DNA of 64,000 nucleotides from Bispira polyomma (Eukaryota), in the NCBI GenBank assembly GCA_965649765.1, contig OZ287750.1:89094001-89158000 (forward strand), in the 5' to 3' direction. A program made the translations under genes and the position numbers. Below are positions 1-13,166 of the stretch, piece after piece. The notes under the pieces are model-generated. The model saw only the letters and a list, made by a program, of their open reading frames with translations. It had not been told where the DNA came from and did no database searches. Position 1 is the first letter of the stretch; every line of letters starts with the position of its first letter.

Positions 1-195
1 CTCTCAGCTCCCTGAGGAGGCATACTAGCCGTGCTGCCAAATACGGTGAAAAGACTAACACGCATTAGCATCCAGGTACCTATTTAAACACCCAGGTAAA
101 GAGTACCAACTATGTGTAAAGTACCTTGCTGATTACCGAAGGATACCATCCCCAGGGCAATAGTGAGGATCGAAACTGGGACCCTCTGGTCCAGA
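1..195 (-). mobile_element. SINE fragment (CORE/Deu-like body)
   Basis: CCAGGTACCTATTT...GTAAAGTACCTTGC motif and GGATCGAAAC B-box remnant. Confidence 0.5.
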
Positions 196-841
196 AATAA
201 ACATTTGTGTGTATACGAGGAATTCTGTCATCTGAACATTTTATTCTGACATGCATCTAATACTATGTATAGACAGCAATTCTGTTGCATGAACATTCTT
301 TTATCTGAACATATGACTCTGAGTTATGTCTCTTACATGTGTAGAAATTCTCCTTATCTGAATATTTGTTTGTCCAATATATGTCAAGTACCTTGTATAC
401 ATCAAGAAATTCTGTTATCATTTCATATCTAATCATTCTGCGATACAACTAACTTAAAAGATACAGGTAAATTAGAAGCTAAATTTAGTTCAGTTTTATG
501 TCTCTTTTAAGGCTTACGTAAACCAGTGCTTTAAACCAATGACCTGTGGCCTGTTATAACCTCTACTATCTAAATATTCTTTCTTACAATCATTCTACCC
601 TGAGACTCTATGTACAGGGTCCTACAGTTATATAGTTCCGTAATAAGTTTTAAGATTTACTTTGTAAATTTTCTTCTGGTCATGTTATACAATATTCTAC
701 AACTTCTACATTTACCACAGGTTTTAGCACCCGTATTATAACTTGATTCCACCTTATTTTCATCAACACCAATAAGTGGCATCATGCAAATATCTATACA
801 TCATCGACACCATACAAGCGGTTAGCTTCAGTCAGTCTTAC

Positions 842-3535
842 TTCCACATTGTCCACACCAGAACTAAGTTGTCATCTCCCGCCGAGACAAAATGGCTGCC
901 ATCATCAGTAAATTTGAGACATCGCACACACTGATAGTGTCTATGTAATACAGCCAAAAGGTTACCTGTACACACCTGTAATTAACAAACAAATAATATG
1001 ACAGCTAACACGAATACAGCTAACAGTTTACCTGTACACACCTGTAAATCACGTTGCCTGCACATAGCTAAAATTTTATTACAAATGGCATATATGATAC
1101 ACAATATACCATTGCATAATTGCCACATATAGATGTTATCAGACAATGTAGCATTGCTTACTTGTCATGTATGGATCTTGTGGACAATATGCCTTTCCTC
1201 ACTTGCTATATGCGGATACGCCATTGCGTACTTGCCAATTTGCCATAAATAGATATGGCACTGCTTATTTGCCACAAAATGATATGCCATTGTTTAATTG
1301 TCATTAAAGGATATGCCAATTATTGACTTGTCTTATATATGATATGCCATTGTTTACTCGTCATTAAACGATATGCCAATTATTGACTTGCCTTATATAT
1401 GATATGCCATTGTTTACTTGACACATATGGATATGCCATTGCGTACTTGCCAATTTACCATACATAGATATATATACCATTGCTCACTTGCCATATAAGG
1501 ATATGCCATTGTTTACTTGGCATATAACTGTATGCTATTGTTTACTTGTGATATATGGATATGTCATTGCTCACCTGCCATACATGTATTTTCTCCTGGA
1601 TAGCGGCCACAATGTAAGCACTGTCTGGACTGGCACACAAAGCACTGACCACACCTGGACACACCATACGCTGGTGGACTTGTTCCTGTAAAGACCTCAT
1701 TCCATTAACAATTAGACCTAGTGCATCGGAGAACCAATGCATGTTTGTCTCCACCAGAAAGACAAAGCACCCTAGCTAGCACCCAAGCTAGGAACCTATG
1801 ATTTCCTATAGGGCAATTATGCTAAAGCCTTAAATCGCACAAGTGGGTTTCCCATTGCAAACATGTGGGACCAATAAGTGTGAGACAGGCACTTTAAAGT
1901 TTAGCCTACTCGTTTGACCTTGCACTAGCGATCCAAGGTCGAGTCTGACCACAGCAAAAGATTAGCAGCCCATGATTTCCTACAGGTTGGTTTCACATCC
2001 AAAACCTGTACGACCAATAATAAGCGAGATATAGGCATTTTTAAGTTTGACCAAGACTGAACTTGAACGAGGGGCCAAAGGTCAAATCGGACCACATCAA
2101 AAGATTCCCAGGCCTTGATTTCCTACACGTTGGTTTCATATTCCAAACCTGTAGGACCAATTATAAGCATGATATAGGCACTTTTAAGTTTGGTCATCTG
2201 CATTAGAGCTTGAACGAGGGGCCCAAGGTCAAATCTGAGGACATGAAAAGATTTCCAGCCCTTGCTTTTGATAGGTTGGTTTGGCACTCCAAACCTGTCG
2301 GACCAATAATAAGCCAGATACAGGCACTATTAAGTTTGCTATCCACATTTGACCTTGAACGAGGGGAATCAATACTAAGGTGGAAAGTGTGAGAATTGAA
2401 CACCTGTATGTGAGGAGGGGGGGGGTCCCTTGACATTCGAGATAAGTGTTCTAGACTGTATATCCGTTAAACATATCATCGGTAAATCCCATGGCGGCCA
2501 TATTGTTTGTCATAATAAGGCCAAAATTACTCCCCGGCAAGCTTTTGTAAAAAAGAACATTTTCTGTAAACTTCAGAAGCCTATGTGTAAAAGTTTTCCC
2601 AGGAGAACGGTAACAGTCAAATCTCTACACACACTGACGCGGCAACTGCGGTGGCGTAACGATGAGTAATCCATAGTATCTACCTGAGTTTTCCAGTGGA
2701 TACAATTATGGTTATTATTACACGCAGCATAGAAACAAACTCTATAAGACAAACATCTGCAATCAATACCTTACTGTGACAGACAAAATTACTGATTTGA
2801 TAAAAACAATGAAGAAAACAATATTTTAAACTTAAACATAATATGTAATAATGTAACTGTAAAAAGCGTCAGAAAATTAATTAATTACTCTTTCTGGACA
2901 TATTAATCTTAAATTGTAGCTTTATTCGATTTTCGTCAAAACAGAGACGATAGTTGGTCCTGCTACCTTAATTTATTCAATGAAGACGAAAAGTTACCTT
3001 CTTTTGGACATGCAAAAAAAATGCCCAAATAAGGCCCGGCAAAGCAGATTGGAAACATCAAAGAAAAAAAATAAACAAATGACATCACCATTTCAAATAA
3101 AGCTTAATATCAACAGATTCCCTGGTCCTATCGACACCCGAAAACTCTCAGACATCTTGGGCCTAGACACGGTCTTCAGACCAAATTTGAGACCACAGCT
3201 CCCTATAAGTTCTCAGAATAGCCTGTCGATGTGTTTTGAACCCCCTTCTCTCCTCCAACCAATGCTATAACAGAAGAAAGCTGGAGGTCGGATATGCAAT
3301 AAAGGCTCTACTGTACAAGCTGTTTTAGATCTAAAGCCCTTACCCTTCTCTGTAGCGCCCACACATGGATCAATGACTTGTTGACGACTCCTGTCAATAG
3401 GTAGTCACATGACAGCATACACATGGTTCTGGGGCCACTACTGGCCCCTTTGTATGTAGTGAGGGTTGAGGAGGAGTTCAAGTCCCACACACAGGCATTC
3501 CAGAGCTGACCAGATATCTCCGAGGTGATCACTAC
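842..3535 (-). CDS. WDR18: WD repeat protein 18 (IPI3 homolog, rixosome/PELP1 complex), 5' partial; exons 3344-3535, 1575-1685, 842-975; continues left of the window
   Basis: Spliced translation VVITSEISGQLWNACVWDLNSSSTLTTYKG...HVWALQRR|EQVHQRMVCPGVVSALCASPD...IHVWQ|VCTGNLLAVLHRHYQCVRCLKFTDDGSHFVSAGDDNLVLVW matches the WDR18 N-terminus; GT-AG junctions, exons of 192, 111 and 134 nt. Confidence 0.93.
1105..1580 (-). repeat. Minisatellite (about 29-30 bp) derived from the WDR18 exon donor junction at 1575
   Basis: Unit GATATGCCATTG(C/T)TTACTTGCCATATA versus the real junction GATATGTCATTGCTCACCTGCCATACA. Confidence 0.88.
1752..2707 (+). mobile_element. Helentron/HINE-like non-autonomous element with internal tandem subrepeats
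   Basis: Repeated TTGAACGAGGGGCCAAAGGTCAAATC...CCAAACCTGTAGGACCAAT units and a 3' hairpin-like end. Confidence 0.6.
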
Positions 3536-5065
3536 CTGTACAGGTGGGTTATAAATTTACTTGAATTTAGTGGGGTTTTATGTCGCTTCTAACCATTAGG
3601 CCTTTGCAGTACAGATGGAGTACAGAACGAGGAACACACATTGTTGCAATCAAAATCTTTGTTAGACTTGTCTATTTAATCTTACTTCTTGCCAACAAAA
3701 ACTTTCACTCGCATACATAAGTTTCAATGCTGACAGTATTATTATTACAATGTAATATAATTTATCAACAATAATACAAGAAGAAAATATGCATGTAAAG
3801 AACTAATACAGATATAACTATAATTTTTAAAACCAGTTGGTGACTTCAGAATATATTTTGCATTATTTTACCAAAAAATTTTAACATTTAAGTTAAATTT
3901 TATACTTTGTAGCCATTAACTGATATGTGCTATATTCTACCACTGTGTTATAATCAGTTAATAACCGGTTGTCCGCAACTGGTGAATGAAAAGCCAAACT
4001 AAACAAAAGACGTCATTTATTTTATTAATACATTTGTATACTTGTCATTGCTTCATTTCTTCATATTTAAAGGTGCACTGCATGTGTTATATCTTAAGGA
4101 GCAAGTGTCTCACTTAGATCTGACTACATATACTCAGAACCTGAATCTGTACATTTTACTTTGATATCAGGGACCCGAATCTTAACCATTCTGTTAAAAT
4201 TCAGAGACTCAATCTTACCCACTTCAAAAAAATTACCCAGAAGCTTTCTTGGGAGAAGAATTCTTAAAAGATCGAATTGCAGCAGATTTAAGTTCCACTA
4301 GTCTTAATAATATCGCAGTGGTTAAAATCCTAGATAAAATTCCTGGCATGTAGCAAAAACGTTGGGTGTCGGGAATTAATTAATTGACTTTGGGAAGCGC
4401 ATACAGGGAAGCATATTTGATTGTTGAAATTGACAGAAAACAATATATGCGTACATTAATGACGACTTCTTTCTGTCTATCACCTCTGTTTTTTGACTCT
4501 GGCTGTGGTTTTTTTTTTGCGTCTTAGAATTCGTAACAACGAAAATAAGCGCTAAAAAAGTATGATATATTATTATTATTATGTATAAGACATATAATGA
4601 AACAAATCCAGAAATATCTTTCTTCTTCGTATACCAAATAAATATGCCTTATATGTTCCATGTTCTCTAGTTTCAAAAGTACTCACTAGTTGACGAAAGT
4701 TAGCAGTATAATATAAACAAATGTAAAAACCACTTAATGTTAAACAGGGAATATAAATGTTTAATGATTGCTTTTAAATGTTATCAACATACTGGTCCAT
4801 TAAATTTATTGTATCATTTTGCTTTCAATACCACAATATTTGTGTTAAAATATCAGTGCTTCTCCAAAATATTAACTAATATTTTTAGAGTAGGCATTAA
4901 CTGTTACAGCACCAGTATATTTCTAAAATATGGTGTTTACCATGTTTACTACTATTGATTTGTACTAAAGAAATATGTGGACGTGCACAGATATGCTGTT
5001 AAATGATATTAATTAAACTATAAAAAAGTGTCATAAAATGCGGCAACCGGTATGAGCCAATTTAC

Positions 5066-5150
5066 CATTTCGAGTGTGCATGTCCAACTCGGGACAAATA
5101 ATAGCATAAGTACGCGAAAGCGACACTTTCCGAATCTCGCAAAATCTCGG
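5066..5150 (-). promoter_or_regulatory. WDR18: Tentative WDR18 first exon ending ATG|GTAAAT (ATG 5066-5068), with CpG-containing promoter-like sequence
   Basis: Exon 3344-3535 lacks an in-frame upstream ATG, so a phase-0 upstream exon is needed; this candidate fits, but it has an out-of-frame ATG 13 nt upstream. Confidence 0.35.
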
Positions 5151-5653
5151 CAACTTAATGCCTTCCTCTCCAGATTTTAAAATAAATTAAAACACTTATG
5201 GTCATATTGCTAGTTTTTGTGCTATTACCAGTTTTTGTGTTATCGATTTTTATATAGCAAATAAACATATCTTGTGACATCTTGTGAACTCTACAGTAAA
5301 TAAATGCATGTTCTGTTGTTTATAATTTAATATTCCGGCCAAAATATGCACCATGCAAATGTAAATGACATTTATTTGGTATATCTTTGTATACATGTTG
5401 TACAGATAACTAAGACGAAAACTGGTATGACCAGCATAATATCTAAAACACTAATACAGGCAATCTTGGTGTCTACAGACAGGTTTTAATGGGAGCTTCT
5501 TGATTATAAGTTCGTTTTTACAATAATAATTCTTTATAATAATAAATTTTACAAAATGTAAATACGTGGTGTTAATTATTTCTCCGTAGTTCGTGTATGC
5601 CGAACCGAAGCAAACACACAGCCATTTATACATGTATGCGCACTCGAAATACT

Positions 5654-6680
5654 GGTATGCGAGCAAGTCGCAACCACAACAACTCGCACCCAACAACTCG
5701 CACATACAAGTTGCACCCCAAATTACATTTCTACAATACTGAAGAATTTTAAGTCACGGTAGCGTGGATTGATATAAAAATAGGAAAACATTTAAGATAG
5801 ATTAATATATGATCGTGAGTTTTCTTGGGAGTTTTCTTGGGATAAATATAAAAAAAATAATAATATATGTTGGCGGTTCTTGCCGAGTCAAGGTCAGAGG
5901 TGCCTAATTTGCATAAAATTCTTCCATCGTCGCTCATATACACGTGCTTCACTTCCGCGGTATACATCAACAACGGACTTAATAAAAGCAAATAGCAGAA
6001 CGCTTTCCTCATTAACATAATATATCACGTAACTGACAAAGGCATACATGACTACCCGTATTTAAACTTAAATATCTCAGTCATTTCTCAACGGATTTTA
6101 ACGCAACAAAAAGCACATTACTCGCAATAAAATAAGCTTTCTCACCATATTTTTTACATAAGTTTGGCTTCAGTAATTTTTGAGTTATTGATAGATTATC
6201 GGCAATTTACTTTTATACGTTGAAATTATATATGCGTCGAAATAACATCATAATCTAATCTAATCTAATCTAGTCGTACTTTTATAGCGTTTAATCTTTG
6301 TACAACAAATTCTAAGGTGCAACAAACCCAAAACGTTAATCGCAAATCAAAAATAGTGGGCAGATGGAAGTCGTAACCAGGGAGACTACCGTAGATGGTT
6401 ACGACGGCTAAGGTGGAAAAGCCTGTTCAAAAAGATAGGCCTTCAGCTTACTCCTGAAAGAGGAGAAAGTTTGAGCCAGGCGTCATACAACCATACTTAT
6501 AAAAAAAATAATAGTAGGTCGAATCATCTTATATTTTAGTAAATTTATTTTACCAACCATTATTTTATTTCACTCAATTTAGAATGATGAAGTTAATATA
6601 TATTTTTCAAAAATCGGGTGTGAGTTGTATGTGCGAGTCGATGGGTGCGAGTCGTTTTGGTGGCGACTCGCTGGTATTTC
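5654..6680. mobile_element. Mutator-like MITE with repetitive TIRs
   Basis: Inverted AACTCGCACC repeat blocks at both ends, flanked by the direct repeat GAAATACT. Confidence 0.7.
6250..6482 (-). mobile_element. L2/CR1 3' end with (TAGAT)n tail, nested in a MITE
   Basis: FRSKLKAYLFEQAF C-terminal motif and microsatellite tail; other LINE 3' ends at about 25665-25780, 28020-28140, 29280-29545 and 31170-31395. Confidence 0.7.
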
Positions 6681-7158
6681 GAAATACTGAATTGGCTTAT
6701 TATGACCAGAGCGTTAATCGCTATGAAACGACAGTGAACTCAGCGTGGCGAGCGATAATATGTGATAATGCGATTAACCCAATAAATACCAACTAAAAAA
6801 AATATCGAAAACTTGTTGTTTATCAAACAATAACAATGGGCAACTGATGCTTGTCTTGTCAAGTAAACTGGTACTATAATATTAGGATAACATACTTCAC
6901 TCATATCTATATTGTTTGGGCAGACTTTTTTGTGTTTCACTAGAAGTTCTAGATTACTGGTGTGCCCCGACAACTGCATCCTGCTTGCAGAAGGGTACAG
7001 CACCATACAATATCCTTCATATTCAAACTATATCGTTTCTCATGATAAACTTTATCCTCATACACACCAGTGACTTGTCACAGGCATGACCATAATCCTT
7101 AAGACAAACTTAAGCAGATAATACATATATGGCTGAGCAACCAGTTTTATGTAAGTAA

Positions 7159-9648
7159 CCCAGCAGGCACATGACTTGAAAACGACATAGATTTAGTGTT
7201 AAAAATTGGTTCTGACACTGATAAATGGATTTTCAACACTAAATCTGAGTCAATATCCTGACTTGGAAAAGTAGCCTCCTTTAGATTACGAAGAGTGTTG
7301 ATTTTTGGTTGAATACCTGACTGAAGCATGCTCAGTGTGCTTGTTTACACTTCCTGGCAGACATCTTTGTTGGAGGTAAGCATATATAGTTTTAAATTTA
7401 TGTGTAATACCTTGAGAAATGTCTTTTTACTACCATTGTTTTTAATATGTGTTAGTGTGATATATATCAAGGAATAGTTTTGCATAAAATGTAATGTTGT
7501 ATATTGTCATAATAGCCTAAACTCGTGAGATTTAAATTTTAACCGGTGCTTCTGAGGCATGACTAGTACTAACATAACTATAAAAAATTCAATATTTATA
7601 TGTAGACATACATTTCAGATATATACATACTGCAACAATATTAAACTGTTGTGTAACTGTAATAATTTAGAGTTTGTGGTTACCCTTAATGCACATAATG
7701 CTCAAAAAAATTAATTATAACAAGTGACCATATTTCACCAGTTTTTGTATAGGAATTCAACTCGAAATCTATAATAAACCAACTTCAAATATCTAACTTT
7801 TCAACTGTAATTCTGCACAGGAAACAACCCTTTTTCATCTCTAAATCTACCTTTTTTCAATACTAGAGCCATCATTTACTTTCAAATTATAATGTATGTA
7901 TATGTATCATTAAATTTAACATTACAAATGACTATCAAAAGGTTTAAATGTCCAGTATATGGGCATACTTTCCATTTGATTTTTCACATGAGTCAATAAA
8001 TACCTATTTTTTGAACGCACTGTTCTAAATTTGAAATTCATGTGTAACAAATGATGCCCAACAAAAAATCCCAACAATTAGATTTTTGAAAACACAAGAA
8101 GTGATATAATGGGGCTAAAAAGTATCTTTATCTTTGATGCATGCTGTTGACATAGCTGAAAGTAAATGCATGCTGCCTTCAAAGCCAGGGGGCCGCAGTG
8201 GCCTAGTGGTTAGCAAGCATTGCGCTTCAAAATCACTGGTCTCTCACCTCTGGGCAGCGTGAGTTCGAATCCCGTCAATGTCTATGTGGGAAAGGTGGTA
8301 GTTCCTTACTGTGTGCCGCTGGTTTCTCTGCAGAACCTTGACCGACTGTATGCAGTGTTTCCTCCAGCATTTCTAACTACCCATCCCAATATAACCTACT
8401 AAAAGGTACTAGAGTGGACATTAAATATCCCAATTCAAATTCAAATCCTTCAAAGCCAATTGAAACATGTGTTACCAATAGTGACTATAGATAATTAGAA
8501 TAGTTTATCCCTTCTTATCTTATATGTATGTTTACTAAGTACTGGGGTCATCCTTTTCCATACACATGTAAACCATAACAAAATTCTACAATAATGGGAA
8601 TTTCATTTGAGGAATAGTGGAGAATTATAATCATGCCTAGTGTATGTGTGTTCTTTTTTGAAGTACTACATATGTATAGGATAACATATACTTTTGTTAC
8701 AACTGTGTTTGAGTAGTTTTAATGCAGCCATTTATTGCTTTCAGGAAGACATCCTCAGATAAACAGACTTCCTTAAATCATTCTTTTGGATTAAACACTA
8801 AGGATACAGACGGATCTAGAGACATACACACATGGAATCAGTGATAAACACTTGAATAAACGTGAAATGAAATATAAAAGTTTACATTTTAGTTCTATTA
8901 CAGTGCAGTTGTATGTGTTAACTATTGTTAAAAAGTTATAATCAGGGACCATAAAGCCAATAAAGTCAATTATTTCATGGTGCTTAGTAGAGTCAAGTGG
9001 ACAATTTCGTCAAAATATAAAATAACAGTATACTCTAATAAGCAGGTCCAACAGAGAATATGCATCAGGAAAAGAAGACACTCATACATATGAGATAATT
9101 GATGTCAATAATTATACACAATCAACAAAATAAAACTGATATTTATTGATTCCCACTATTTGTGTCTTTTTATTTGATTTTAAATTTACCCAATGAGAGT
9201 TTCCATTTGCCCTGGGACGAATTTATAGAATAATTAAATTGTAACAAGGTTTACAAAAATCTTTTCTACTATGACCACATTTTGAACCATTTAAAAATTT
9301 TCCACTGTCAACTAATTAAAAACAATCCAGTTTGTTTACATTCTATCTCTGTTGGAATCAAACAGATTTCACTGTTGGATCCAACCAAAAATAGTTTGTA
9401 AAATATACACACATTTCAACCTGAAATCTCAGATATAAAACAACCAGATTTCATTGTTGGATCCAACCTAAATTGTCAGGTTGAAATCAAATACATTTCA
9501 ATGTTGGATCCAACCTGAATTCTCTGGTTGAATTCAACCAGATTTCAATGTTGGATTCAACTAAAAACGGTTTGCAAGATCTAAACGTATTTCAACCTGA
9601 ATTCTTCGCTTGAAATCAACTTGATTTCCCAGTCTTGTGCCTACTGGG
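7159..9648 (+). mobile_element. Non-autonomous CMC/EnSpm-like DNA transposon, full-length copy 1
   Basis: Imperfect TIRs CCCAGCAGGCACA...TGTGCCTACTGGG, 2-bp TSD AA (7157-7158, 9649-9650), subterminal GTTGGATCCAAC repeats. Confidence 0.8.
8188..8446 (+). mobile_element. Full-length tRNA-derived SINE with 12-bp TSD
   Basis: A box TGGCCTAGTGG, B box GTTCGAATCC, (CAAATT)n tail, TSD CCTTCAAAGCCA at 8176-8187 and 8447-8458; empty site in transposon copy 2 near 14100. Confidence 0.93.
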
Positions 9649-11185
9649 AATGTAGTGTACATCAATGAAGTGTGCATATAACTATAATATAATAACTAAA
9701 TAAATAAAATATTCACAGCAAACTTTGTGTCAAAGATAGAAACATGAATTATTTTTTGAAGTGGGATTAGGGGGCTTTGCCCCCAATTAGAAACATAAAA
9801 CTAAATGACTAATTCAAGAGGGATGTTATGTAAGGGGGAATTACGTGAGGGGCCTTCTTTTCTGAATATCCTTCATATCTAAACCTAATCCTTCTGGTTA
9901 TAAACTTTTTTTCTTACACACACACCTTTGAATAGTCACAATCATGCCCATAATCCCAATAAAATAAAAAAAAATTGTCTAAAAGACAGAAAAAACACCA
10001 TTCAAATGTACACAAAAATGAGCTGTTTTTCCAATGATTTTCATTCAAATGGGAGTTCAAACTAATCCGGATTGACCCACATTCAGATAGAACAACATTC
10101 AACTACTGTTCTTTGCATTCAGATAAAACCACATCCAACTACTGTTCTTTGCACACTGATAACCAATATTTTAATATTAATATTTTCGATTCCACCAATC
10201 AAAATGGAAGACTCTCCTTAAGGCCTTAAAACAGAAATTAAAAGCATTTTACAATGATGAATTTTCAATATCAGTTGCAGGATAAGGCAGAAAAAATTAA
10301 AACTTCTTGGATTAAGTGGGAGTCAATCTTCTCTCTGTAAATTACAAGTAAATTGCCTCAATCACAAAATGTGGCACTGTGTTGTTTAGTGTAAAAATGA
10401 ACCAATGAAGAACATATAATTTCTATATTAAGTCAATATATGGTTTCTTGACTTCAACTTAAAACAGATAACTAGTTGCCTGGTCAGGAGTAATAATAAT
10501 TATATGTAAATGTATAGGCTTTTAGCCGTAACAAAAGAAACAATGTATGAAAACAATGTATTGTATGTAATTATAATGTTAATAAGAACAAAATAAAATT
10601 AAAAAAATTTAATCAAAGTTTTAAAGCTTATTTTGATTTTTTTAATTAACACATCAAAAGCCCATGCTTAATAATCAGTGTCAATACCTCAATCCTTTAA
10701 TTTAGAGTTACAGGCAAATTGCAATCAAGCTCCAGAAGTATCAAAAAAAATTAACCTTGAGCAAAGACAGATCAAGAACTAATGGAATAAGCCTAAGTTT
10801 AACACAGTTTATTTTATTACATTTGGGAGAATTACATATTGACTTTATGTTTTTTTGTCAGAGCTCAGTTAACTATTTTTTTCCCTGTTCTACTGTTCCA
10901 TGTATTTAACAGATGTCTTTATGTTGTGTGTCATTAATTCAGCCTAATTCCTTCTGTATTACTCTTGTAAAAATAAAGCATTTAATTTGGTAATATATTG
11001 CCAAACAGTGAAAATGTAAAATTTTTCTGTAATTTATTTTTTATGATATATGATATAATGTAAAAACAAAATAAAAAGTTAACATTGGTAATATAATGCT
11101 CAATGGTGAGAATATAAAATTATTCACATATCTATAGAGAAAATGCCCTATATGTGATAAACCTCATTTCTAAGAGATTTCTAGA

Positions 11186-11619
11186 TGAATCTAGGAACTT
11201 TGCCCACAAGAACTTTGCCCACAAGGGACTTTACCCACAGGAACTTTGCCCACAACCATTTTTACAGGGTAGGACTTCTGCCCACAATATAAATTTTGCC
11301 CACCACAAAGACATTTTCTTTTTTCATTGCAATTAATATTCACCTTAGATACCTGCTCAGGACATAATAGTTTCAAAAGAGATCAAACATTAATTAACCT
11401 TCACCAAAAGCTTCCCTGCCTCCTAATATTTACCTTTTTTACTGCTCAGGTCATAATCGTTTCAAAAGAGATCAAACATTAATTATTCACATTTTATTAT
11501 TATTGTGGGCAAAGTGCCTCCCCTATGAAAATTGTTGTGGACAAAGTTCCTTGTGGCCAAAGGTGCTGTGGGCAGAGTTCCTTGTGGGCAAAGGTCCTGT
11601 GGGCAAAGTTTTGTACTCC
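11186..11619. mobile_element. Foldback/Mutator-like MITE with (ACTTTGCCCACA)n TIRs
   Basis: Inverted tandem arrays; TSD TTTCTAGA at 11178-11185 and 11620-11627. Confidence 0.85.
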
Positions 11620-11627
11620 TTTCTAGA

Positions 11628-12150
11628 CAGATTTATACAGGTTTCATGTGGGAGTTGTATGTACAGTAGTATATGGCTAACTTTATAACCGATCATAGCG
11701 CGATATACTTTATTTCTACACAGACCTATACAGGCTTATAATTGGAGGTGTGTGTGCCATAGTATATTGTAAACTTTATCCGATCATATCGTGATAAACC
11801 TCATTTCTGGACAGACATACATAGGCTTTATATGGGAGTTGTACATACATTAGTATATTACAAACTTTATCCAATCATAGCACGATAAACTTCTTTTCTA
11901 AGTACACCTATACAGGGTTAATATGGGAGGTATGTGTACAGAAGTATATTGGCAATTTTATCCGATCATAGCGTGATAAAATTCTTCTCTACACAGGCCT
12001 ATACTGCTTAATATGCAGACTCTTGCAATGGGAGGTGTGTGTACAGGTTCATATGCAGACTCTTTATATGGGGGTTGTGTGTGTGGTAGTTTTTAGTAAA
12101 CATTATCCGATCATAGCTTGATATACTTCATTTCTACACAGACCTATACA
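11628..12150. repeat. Degenerate tandem repeat, unit about 90 bp
   Basis: Recurring CTTTATCCGATCATAGCGTGATAAAC...ATGGGAGGTGTGTG; the first unit is interrupted by the MITE. Confidence 0.8.
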
Positions 12151-12869
12151 GTGGCAATATGGCTTTGTGGGTTCGCTAGTATATAGTCAACAACTAAACT
12201 ATGACCAAACTATATCCTCATTATCCTCAAATAGCGGTACAATATCCTCCATATCGCATTTTACCCCCATTTACAATGTACAGGGATTATCGTCCATCCC
12301 AGAAAAAGAGTAGATGCTGCACCATACCCCCTACTTAAAGGTTGTTTGGCAGGTTTAAAAATATATAAACAATTTTGTATTATTATTACTTTTCATGTGG
12401 GGGTCCTTATATTAGTATTGTTTTCCAACCAAAACCGACCCTAACATTACCCCTTAGAAATCTGGGTCATAGTGGACAAATGTTTTCCCCAAGATCAGGC
12501 CCCTGTATCCACTCATGACCTTTTATTTCTACTTTGACAGAAACAAGCATCTCAAATAGTTGAAAAAATTAGTCTTTGTCGCTTTTAAAAAGGTTTCTTC
12601 AAAATTATGTCAACAGTCACTATCTTCGTCTGGCTAAAACAAACCTCCACTACTTCATCAAGTTAATGCTCACAGTGTTACAGCATTCACTTTCTCATAA
12701 GCCTTCCAAGATGACATTTTCTCAATCCTGTACATGTCATTGGAAGTCTCAAAATAACTTCATTTAGTTCTATTTTAAAGACTTAACTTGGATTGACAAG
12801 GCCCCATTGTGACCATGCAGCTAATCTAGAGGTAACTTTTGTATGAACATATATATCCTACAGTAAATC

Positions 12870-13166
12870 TGGGAATTTGTCATAGCACATCCTCTGTCCA
12901 GGCGTGGATGAACTACTCCAAATAGAAATTAAATCCCGACAAAACTGAATTAATTCTCATTGGAAACAAGAAAGACGGTAAGTTTCTGAAATTATTATTC
13001 CCAATTTCTCTTCTAGGTAAAGATATATTACCTTCCAAAAATGCCAAAAACCTTGGTGTCATTTTCGACTCTGCCTTTTTTGTTTGACACTCGTATTGCC
13101 AACATCTGTCACTCCTGCTATTACCACATTTGTGACATTGAAAAAATCCCAAACCACCTATTACTG
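12870..13166 (+). mobile_element. Degraded L2/CR1-type LINE reverse transcriptase fragment, interrupted by EnSpm-like copy 2
   Basis: Translates as VQAWM..*KLNPDKTELILIG...AKNLGVIFDS. Confidence 0.8.

Noticed and set aside
8188-8275. tRNA gene calls at SINE heads (also about 21780-21856 and 44905-44990)
   Set aside because: The A/B boxes continue into a shared SINE body and tail, with TSDs at the first two; these are retroposons
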